Below are positions 1-9,700 of a stretch of DNA of 64,000 nucleotides, piece by piece. A program made the translations under genes and the position numbers. Position 1 is the stretch's first letter. Every line of letters begins with the position of its first letter. The DNA comes from Eutreptiella sp. 'Long Island Sound 2002'. Taxonomy: Eukaryota > Protista > Euglenida. The stretch lies in assembly GCA_964036045.1 (NCBI GenBank), contig OZ038378.1:22320001-22384000 (forward strand), read 5' to 3'. The notes beneath the pieces are model-generated. The model saw only the letters and a list, made by a program, of their open reading frames with translations, was not told the DNA's origin and searched no databases.

Positions 1-3000
1 CAGGTCCCACGTCTGGCGCCGCGCCACCGGGTCCATCCCGGCGGTCGGCTCGTCCAGGAACACGACCTTCGACCCCCCGATGAGGGCGATGCCCACGGAC
101 AGGCGCCGCTTCATGCCGCCCGAGAGCGTGCCGGCCCACGCGTCGGCCTTGTCCTCCAGTCCGATGTCGCGGATCGTGTCGCGGACCGCAGTCGCGGCGG
201 CGGCCCCGTGCAGGCCCTTGAGCTGTGCATAGAACTGCAGGTGCTCGGCGACGCTGACCTTGGCCCAGAGGATGTTGTGCTGAGGGCACAGCCCCGTGAA
301 CTTCCGGATGGCGGGCATCTCGTCGCGGACGGAGCGGCCGTAGATCGTGCAGTCGCCGCCGGAGGGGGCGTAGATGCCGGTCAGCATGTTGATGGTCGTG
401 GTCTTGCCCGCGCCGTTGTGCCCCAGCACGACGCTGATCTGCCCCTCGTACATCTTCAGGTCCAGCCCCTCCACCGCTACCGCGCCCCCGAACACTTTGC
501 GGAGCCGCTTGAGCTCCACGGCCTCGCGCCCGGCGGCGTCGCCCCCGACGGGCTCCAGCAGCGCGGGGTCGACCTTGTGAACCGGGCGCGGCGGCGGCGC
601 GCGCCCGCATCGGAAGCTGCACCGGAGCCCCCGCGGGAGGAAGAAGAGGGGGGAGCGCGCGACGCCGAAGGCGGAGGGCAGGACCTGGTCCAGGTACCAG
701 GCGATGATCAGGTACAGGACGTTGTCGACGGCCAGCATCACGATGCAGAGCAGGAGGTTGAACCCCTCGCCGCCCCCGGCCATGCCCCAGCTCGCCCCCA
801 CCTTGATCTGCTCGTACGCCGCCACGATGTCCATCCCCCAACTGTACGCCACAGGGGACATCAGCGAGAGCATGACCTGCCCCACCAGCGGGCTCGACCG
901 GGACACCGTGAGTGCCGGGACAGTGCAGGCGAAGAGGAGGAGGGGCCCCACAATGGCGGCGATGCGGGCCTTCGAGAAGAGGGTGGAGGCCATGAAGGCG
1001 AAGCCGACGGTGGTGCCGGCGAAGAGGGCGTTGATCACGAGGAGGAGGGCGAAGTCGACGTACTGCGTGTACGTCAGCTTCATCTCTATCGTGATCAGGA
1101 GCGCGGTAACGAGGGCGCTGACCACGCAGGTGATGAGCCACGCGACGTAGAGGGACATGGGGAGCAGCCCCATAATGAACATCCCCTGCTTGACCCGCTG
1201 CTCCTTCTCCTGCGCAATGGCGCGGATATTGGTGNNNNNNNNNNNNNNNNNNNNNNNNNNNNNNNNNNNNNNNNNNNNNNNNNNNNNNNNNNNNNNNNNN
1301 NNNNNNNNNNNNNNNNNNNNNNNNNNNNNNNNNNNNNNNNNNNNNNNNNNNNNNNNNNNNNNNNNNNNNNNNNNNNNNNNNNNNNNNNNNNNNNNNNNNN
1401 NNNNNNNNNNNNNNNNNNNNNNNNNNNNNNNNNNGGCCCTGCAGCTGCTGGACGGCCGCCGTCGGGGCGTCCAGGTCCACGCGGAGGCCGGGGGGGAGGG
1501 GGCAGGCCTGGCCCAAGGGGGCGGCCGCGCGCTGGGCCAAGAACCAGCCGTCCATCATGTGCTGCAGCGTGGGGAAGCCGCTCAGGATGTAGTCCTGGTA
1601 ATGCGTGGCCCGGCCCCGCGCGAACCGGTCGATGGTCCGCGCGGTGTCGGGGGTCGCGGTCTGATTCATGCGAATCGTGTAGTCGAACACGTCGCCGGAC
1701 ACGTTCAGCGCGTTGACGACGATGAGGGCCCAGAGCGGTCGGCCCCCGGCCCCAGGGCGTAGTCCACGCCCTCCTGCTCGCTGCCGAAGATGCGGTAGAA
1801 ATACTCCCCGAAGAACACGTGCGACTCGTTCAGGCCGGCGATCATCTGCCGCACTTCGGGCGTGTCTGGCGCAAACGCGAGCTTCCGTTGGCGGATGGCA
1901 TTGTCAAGGGACGGCGCGAAACTCGACGCGACGCCTGCCAGGCCACTGGCGTCGCCGAGCACCTGCAGTACACATACAGCGCAGTACACATGCACGCACA
2001 CGCCCACACGCCCACACGCCCACCCACCCACACCCACACCCACACCCACAACCCACACCCACACCCACACCCACACCCACACCCACACCCACACCCACGC
2101 CCACACCCACACCCACACCCACACCCACACCCACACCCACGCCCACACCCACACCCACACCCACACCCACACCCACACCCACACCTGCGCAGGTGTAGGC
2201 GTAGGTACCCGCACCAATGCAAAGCGCCCAAATCTAGACACGATAAAGATGCATGAAGCAGATCTGAGCGTCTAATACCCTCGTCAGCACCACCGTCTCC
2301 CAACGAAAAGACCAAAAAACCATGCGGTGCAGGCGCCTTTCAAAAAAAATAGACACTCAGAAAGTGGATGCGCACACATGCACGGACGCCCGCATGCTGC
2401 ATAGGAGGGCGGGTCAATATGGACGTGAAGCACCCGGTCAGCCCTGCCATCGCCTTACAACATTGCACTACAGAGAGGCAAAAGATCTGCTTGTTCCCAC
2501 AACCCTCCCACCCCAGCTCAAGAGTGAGGAGTACAAAAGTGGCTTGATGTGGATGCATGCAGGGTGCAGGATAGGCCAAATGCAGCCACAATGTCCAGGG
2601 AAGTGTTTGACAGGACACTTACGTCCTGGTGTGAGGCATGAACCAATTTTCTTTGCACCCACACATGAACTCAAGATATTTGCTTGGTGCAGGGGGAACG
2701 GCATTATGCATACTACAACCAACCAGCTTCCTCTTGTACCTCAGCAAGACTGCAACTTGACACCAGGACACTGTCAACAAGAGTTGCCCCGGTGTGACAT
2801 TCCGTCGGGCCGCTGTCTCTTTACGGGGCCCTGGACAGTCACCCGTTCTTCCCTTTGCGTGTTGTGTCGGGTCGCTGCGTTCTGTTGGTCGCCGAGTTCT
2901 GTCAGCCGCAGCGGCCTGTGTGCCTGCTGGTTTCGTGTTCCAATCCGGGGGGGTTGGAACCATTGGGGACACCGGCCTCCCACATGTTTTCCGCATCCAA

Positions 3001-4189
3001 GTGCAAGGCTGACCTGTTTTGAAAATCTCTGGAGCAGTGCGAAGGCGTCGAGGGGCAGAATGGGGAGGACCCCCTGAAACAACTCAAAGAAGGACTGCCC
3101 GGTGATGCCATCGAGCCCCGTGGCATTGGGTAGCCCCACATCCAGGGAACCCAGCACCTCCTCTAGGCCGCTGACGGCGCCATTGGGCCCTACCAAAGTG
3201 ATGCAGATGCCGAGGGTAGTGCAAAGCTGCTCGCGCAGGAGCTGGAGGTTGGCTGTAGGGCTGCTAGCGGGCGAGGGCGAGGCGGCGCTCCCGGTGGCAC
3301 CGCCGTTGAGGGCTCCAGCAATGGCCACCAGCTGCTCAGGTGTGAGGCCGCCAATGGCACTGCCAGTGTTGGCCCCGCCTGCGAGGGCTCCAGCAATGGC
3401 CACCAGCTGATCCGGCGTGAGGCCGCCGGTGGCGCTGCCGGTGTTGGTCGCACCTGCGAGGGCTCCAGCAATGGCCACCAGCTGATCCGGCGTGAGGCCG
3501 CCGGTGGCGCTGCCGGTGTTGGTCGCACCTGCGAGGGCTCCAGCAATGGCCGCCAGTCCCCCAGCAGTACCACCGCCACCAGCACTCAAGAGCTGCAGCA
3601 GGGCGCCCTGCGGGTTGTTGCCTGTCAAACCGCTCAGCACGGACTGCAGCGACTGATTCGTGGCGTTCCCGGCCGCGATGGCCGCGATGGCAGCCACCGC
3701 GTCCGACGTGCCGGCGCCCTGCAGGAGGTCTAGCACCGATTGGAGGGCCGGGGCGGCGGCGCTGCCAGTTGCCGGGGCCTGCCCCCCCCCCACCAGCAGC
3801 TGCACGAGCAGCGCCCCCAACTGCGGGTTGTCGGACAGCAGCTGCGTGGCGAGAGGCAGCAGCGTGGTCACGCTGGGGTCGGTGGGGGCGCGGCGCGTGA
3901 CGTTGAGGGCGAGGCTGGGCCCCATGAGGCGCACGACCTGCTCGTAGTTGTTGGCGGGAACGAAGGCCGGGGTGGACAGCGTGAACCCCAGGATCATGAC
4001 GGCGGTGACCAGCATCGGCAGGACGATCTCACAGAGGGTGGCACAAGGGGCCCGGCGCTTCAGGCGCCAGTTGTTGCGCAGGACCATGCGGATTTGGCCC
4101 CAGTCCATTGCAGAGGGGGGGACCGGAACAAAACCACGCTGCGGAAGTGGCGAGCGCGATGCAGTACCCCCATTGCCAGTGTTGGCCAT
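1..4189 (-). CDS. ABCA: ABCA-subfamily ABC transporter, 5' half (TMD1 + NBD1); continues beyond the left edge of the window
   Basis: Exon 1 runs 4189 (or 4108)-3014 and starts with an ABCA-type N-terminus (MDWGQIRMVLRNNWRLKRRAPCATLCEIVLP). A phase-0 GT-AG intron spans 3013-1963. Exon 2 runs 1962-1435 (FDYTIRMN, YILSGFPTLQ) with one 1-nt frameshift near 1736, then the N-gap. The exon 1233-1 reads EKEQRVKQGMFIMGL, Walker A GHNGAGKTT, GLCPQHNILW, signature LSGGMKRRL and Walker B VVFLDEPTAGMDP. Confidence 0.95.
1235..1434. other. Scaffold gap (200 N) inside the ABCA gene
   Basis: Run of exactly 200 N. Confidence 0.99.
2027..2183 (+). repeat. (CCCACA)n hexanucleotide microsatellite in ABCA intron 1
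   Basis: Direct reading of the sequence. Confidence 0.97.
2341..2365 (-). other. Genomic copy (relic) of the euglenid spliced-leader exon
   Basis: The minus strand reads ACTTTCTGAGTGTCTATTTTTTTTG versus the Euglena SL ACTTTCTGAGTGTCTATTTTTTTTCG (one C missing). It is followed by AAAAGG rather than a GT donor, so it is not an SL RNA gene. Confidence 0.85.
3308..3552 (-). repeat. 75-bp coding tandem repeat (25 aa, ~3.3 copies) in the first ABCA ectodomain
   Basis: GAGGGCTCCAGCAATGGCC recurs at 3308, 3383, 3458 and 3533. The peptide unit is GALAGATNTGSATGGLTPDQLVAIA. Confidence 0.95.
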
Positions 4190-6716
4190 GCCGGCGTCGA
4201 CACAAGGGCTGCCTACAGCCGTGCAGCGCACGCGGACTGAGCCGCCACCTCTACCCCAGCCTCTGCCTCTGTCTCCGCCCCCTGCCCCCCCCCCCCTCCC
4301 TCCCCTCTGCACTTGGAGCTGCCGATACCACCCTCTCCGGGTTCGGGCCTGGTCGCCCTACTCCCAACAGCGCCCCCCAGCCTACGGTCCCTCTCACCCC
4401 CACCCATTTGCGGAAGCAGCGCCTCGTGGGGCTTTGGCCCGTCCCCGCCCACACATGCCCCTTCATCCAAGAAAAGCACAGCGCTGCTCCTCCAACAGGT
4501 CTGTCCAGCCGGGCCATGCCTTGGCCACCGCACGACAACGGCTGTCACCCCAGGGCATCGCACCTCCAATTCGATCCACATGCAGAATCGTTTGCCATGA
4601 GTGCGGCAAAGCCGTACCAGCACAATCCGGCCACGGTTGGCATCGACAGCGATGCCTGTGTCGCAGGCGGGAGGTGTGTGCGGGAGGTGGTGTCTGCAAC
4701 ACGGCTCCGTATCCCGCTCTACACACAAAAGTCACCGTCCCTTCCGTCGCTCCAGAAATCAACAACGAAACCAGCCCCTCCTGCGGTCTAGACGGGGCGC
4801 TGTTCTCGGCAGGAGGTTGTTCCCTGGAGTCTGGTGGGTTGCCGTGCTCACAGTGGTAGCGTTCTGCCCCCCCCCTAGCGACCAGCGCTGACAAGTTTCA
4901 CCTGCACTCAGACCGTGGCGAGCACGGCAGACAACGGTGTGCTGCTCGTCCTTGCACTACTTGTGTACCCATGCTCCATGCCTTTTTGTATAAGTCAAGT
5001 TGGCATGTGTAGCTTGTGGACGGGCAAGTTTCCAGTACTATTCTGTTAGACACATATGTGCCCCACAAAGACGCTGCCCAGGTTTGGGGAAGGGCAGTGG
5101 CAGTGGCCCATCACGCCAGGAAGGGTAACCCAGCACCGCAAGCTCCACACTGGTGGTTCCTCCTTTGGGTGTGCAGGCATGTCCAACATGTGGGGGTTGC
5201 TGTGCGCCCCTTCAACGCCCCCAACTGAGTGGGATATCATCCTCTCGGATGGACACGGCAAACTGGTTGCCTGGGTATCCGATTTTTGGGGACATTGATC
5301 ACGCCAACCCCCTGAATTGGTGGTGTAGGCTCACATACTGTCTATTTCTCTTGGCAAAATTCGGACAAGGTCAAGGCTTGACAAGCTTTTCAGCCTAGCC
5401 AGCACAGGCCCCGTGTGCCACAACATGACAGGGTAGGCCTCGAGAAGGGGGGGGGGTATACGCTGGTGTTCCATACCAAGTGTTTGAGTGTTTGCGCACC
5501 GGGGGCTTGCATGGAATATGGTCCGTTGCCCCATCTGGTGGCTTGTCGGCCCGGTTTCTGTTCTCAGGGCTCGAAGAAAGAGGGTTTGCGCACGCAAAGG
5601 GTCGTCGTCGTCGTCGTGTAAACCCCTGTGGACAACCCCCCCCCCCCCGCCTCCTCTGCAGGGGCGCAGACAGGGAAAAGAGCTCAATGGTGGCAAACCG
5701 GTGTCTTGAGATGTAGAGTTGATCTGTGTTGCCGGTAGCACGGGAAATGTAGCATGCACGGACACCGTGCAATCAGCACCACAAAGCCCCCCCCCCCCCC
5801 CCCAAAAGGCAGCAAAACCTCTTTGATCAACATTCAGGACTGACCACTCCGCGACATGAGTGTAGGCTGGCGCGGAGCACTGCTTCCCAGTGAAGATTTG
5901 AAGAATTGAACATGCAGTGATAAAAAATTCAGGTGTCATCGGCTGAGGCAGGGAAATGTTCTGCCAAAACCACTAATTCTGTACCATTTTTCGGCTCCAT
6001 AACATTCCTGGCCTTTTTTCCAACTCCCAGGGTTTTTTGCATGCTGCTAGCGGGCTTTGCGCTCACATGGCGGGCCATTTTGTTTCGTGGTGTTCCAGTG
6101 GTGTCATCTGGTGCTGGGTGCTCTGTTTTCAGTTATTGCTGCCGCCGGGGGGTGCCACAGTGCCTCTGAGGGGTGGCGGGTAGGTGAGGGGTAGACGCAC
6201 AAACAAGCACCAGGACGTGGGTTCAAAACCATTCGCATGCGACAAACTGCGTGTTCAATATTACACACTCAATGGAAACAATAGAGCACAACCTTGCAGC
6301 AGGGGCAGCAGGTGTCAGGTGTCATATTCCTGTGTTGGTGGAGCCGATCCCAAATGAAGAATTTGCAGCCTGACCCACCCACTCACAAAAGGCGCAAGCC
6401 ACTCACAACGAAAACAGCCTGGACGCCGAGGAATGGAATGGATGGTCACAAAAGCTGCCAGTCAAGAGGATATAGGAGTGCCAAGTTTGGGGACAATGTC
6501 GTGCTTTGGGAATCTGAGGTCCCCTGAAGGTTCCAGCACTGCGGCTGCAGGAAGCATTTCCCATGGTGTGACACAAGAGTGTGAAGCATGTAGCTCTGTG
6601 TGCCACGTATGGCCAGGTATGCAGCTGTGTGTGTGCTTTACTTGGCTATGTGTGTGGTTGTGTGCTTTGGCATCTCACCAATGGCAGACGTGCAAACCGG
6701 GCCATGTGGGGAGGCA

Positions 6717-9700
6717 TCACGACCGAGACTGCATGGAGTTGCCTTCCGTGCATTTGGCACTTAGAAGGTCAGCAACCCTGTTCATGGTCACATTCAATTC
6801 CTTCTGCGTCTCATGCATCTCGCGCAGAGTGGCAAGTGTTGCAGAGTCACTTCCCACACCACAAGCCACTGCGCCTGCGGTCGCGATGGGCAGCCCAAGG
6901 GAGAACCCAGCTCCAGCAATCGCGTCCTTAATCAATTCAGGGGTGATAGCACAGCCCTGTCGCTTAGCGCTGGCGGCAGCAAGGACTGCAAGCTTGAACT
7001 GCCTGGCGTTTCTGCAGATCACGGCAGGGGAAGGGGGTGGCATGGGTTTGGCAGTTTGTTTTGCAAAGCGTGTCCAACACCACGGGCCTACCACCTGAGC
7101 AGGTCTATCCCTGACCCCACCACACTATCTTGAGGCCCCGGGCCCAGGGGGGTTGGTTTGCGGGGTCTCAGCCACGCCCAGTACATCCCCCCCCCCCCCC
7201 CCCCGGGCTCGAGGATAGCGTGGGTAGGTCGAGGCCTTGAGTCTGCATTGAGGGTTGGTGCAAAAGGGGCCAGAAGACCTTTTTTGAACAAGTTTGACCT
7301 CTCCGGCTCTTGGGACGCCCGATACAGCAGGGGTTATGCAGCCATTTTCATTCCTCTGGAGTTGGGTGGTCCCACACCAAGAATCCTTTGATACCTGGGC
7401 AGTTTGTGTTCAGTACTGTTTAATGGCCGATGCCACGGTACACTGCAAGCCCCTGGGCCATTGGGGCATTGTACTTTGCACGTACGAATGACAACAAATT
7501 GCCGCACGGTCCGCACACGGCGCGTGGGACTGCTCCTTTGAAGCGACGGTTCCGCTGGAGCTGCCCGCTGGAGGGATGGCTGTGAGGCTTATGGTAGGCA
7601 AAGGCAAGAGACAACGAGCGCTACAAGAGACTCATCAGTGCCTGACTAGCGGTGCCTTGCAGTCTGCCTGACCTCATGGACATGGGTGCAGGCCATAGCT
7701 TAGTGACCCCAAGGGGGGGGCTTATCTTGGGCCTCAGGCAGGGTTCAGCCCCTCCCCCACCCAGCCCTATATCCATATCTCGTATCCCCCAGCCCCACAA
7801 GAACATATGTGAGTGAGTGAGTGGCATGGTGGTGGAAGACGCAGAGAGAATACCAAAAATGAAATACTGCACACGACAGGAAACAACAAGAGCCCTGAAT
7901 GGATGGCATCCGGTCCATGCACTACAGCGAATGCACATGGTGCTTTATTTCTGACTGTCAATCTAAAGCCCAAAAATTCGGAATTTTTCATTGTTAGTCT
8001 GATGCTTGCCACAATTCCCAGGGTCCCAGTTCCCGCACCTACCAGCACAAACAGTGCACAACAGGTTTATGGCGACGTTGGTCAATTGTGCCATATGGTC
8101 ATCACAGAGTCCTCAATTAGGCTTCAAGTGGGCTGACATTGACAACATCTATTGCTCATCTCCAAGATGTCAATCCTCTGGTGATGACAGCACAAGACAA
8201 ACCTGCAGCACAAAAGGCAACAAGCACCACTGCATACCACATGATAAATATATAACTGGGAGCTCTTGTGGTCCTCTCCCATGGCATGGGCTTGGGTCCG
8301 GACATAAAGAAAACGAAATGCCCTGCAAACGCCCCCCTCCACCCTGTTTGGGGCGGCACCACAATTGTGACTGCGTGAGTGATGTCACAAAAGGTCACCG
8401 ATTTTCACCGGCATGAGGATTCTCCAAAAAACACTGATGCATTGGCATGCCCTACCGGCCACATGCACCAACCATGCTGACATCGCACAACATGATACGA
8501 CATGATGTGGCATGACACGATATGACATGACTTGGAATGGCATGGAATAACAATACATCGGAATGGCATGATGGGTGCCTTCATCCTACCGTGAAAGTGC
8601 ATCTGTAAAAGGGAGAAAGCAAATTCTGCACCACAAATTCCTTCAAAACCCAGGTCCCTTCACATGCCAAACTGTCTGAGAGAGCAAGAGTGAACAACTC
8701 ACCCAATGAAGGCTGCCTTAAAAGCCCGTTGTGTCCTGTCTCAGATGTCAGGGTGGCGTCCTCCACATCCACAGTGGATGTGGATACTAGGGCGACTTGT
8801 TTCACCATGCAAGCAAACACTTTGGCTGCTGGGGGGTACAAGGGCCACGCATTCAGCGACCAAAAGGTTGAGGTGAATTTTACTTCTGAATTGTAAGAAT
8901 TGCAATCGCTGTGCACTATTTTAGCATCTGGGCCAATCTCATGTACTCTCACTTTTCCGCCATGCCCTTGACTGAGCCGCTGTTACGGATGTCATCCAAA
9001 TACTGTTTGGTCTGAGCCTCCATAGCGCGAATCTCCTCCATGCTCATGCCGAGCCAGCTATCCACAGAGCACCACGCCAGGCGGGCCATGTTGTAGAGGA
9101 TGCGTCTGACGGACCTGATGATCAGGCTTTCCATTTTGGACTGGAGGCCCCACCATTTGCAACTGAGGCGATACAGTGAGTAGCAGCACATGACAGGGGA
9201 CTGCTCATTCACCCATCCTGCTCCCAAGGGACCTCTGCCAGTCTTCTGAGAGACAAAAGTGGAAGGATCTTCGGAGGCCTTGTAATCACGAGGATCGCAA
9301 GGGTCATTGACAAAATCGACCACGTCCACAACACGCTTGGAAAGCTCTGCGGCGGAGAGGTTGAAGATGTTCTCGGTCTGACCGGCATCCGCTTCGAATC
9401 TCGTCTCTATCACCATCACAAAGCTGTCCTTCATGTAGTCGTTCTTGTATGCAGTAAAGAGGAGTGGGTAGCAGTTCCAGGTCATCTGGTGCACAACCAA
9501 AGAGCCAGTCGGTGCCAACATCCTGAGGAAGGATGGCACTTTCTGCGATAAGTGGAGGATTTTGTGGGTGTACTGGGATTTCCGCACGATACCACTCGGA
9601 TCCACAGGAATCACCTCCTCTCTTGGCTCGTTGACGACAATCTCGACTCCCTCATGGCCGCCCGTATTTCTCCTGCTGAATTCCATGAGGGCGTAGTGGT

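Noticed and set aside
208-1762. Long plus-strand ORFs (502, 148 and 201 aa)
   Set aside because: Antisense shadows of the GC-rich ABCA coding strand.
1705-2315. ORFs with PT/HP/VW/CG dipeptide repeats (also at 22037-22495 and 60162-60850)
   Set aside because: Translations of microsatellites.
2341-2365. Functional SL RNA gene
   Set aside because: No GT donor after the exon and no neighbouring 5S or tandem unit.
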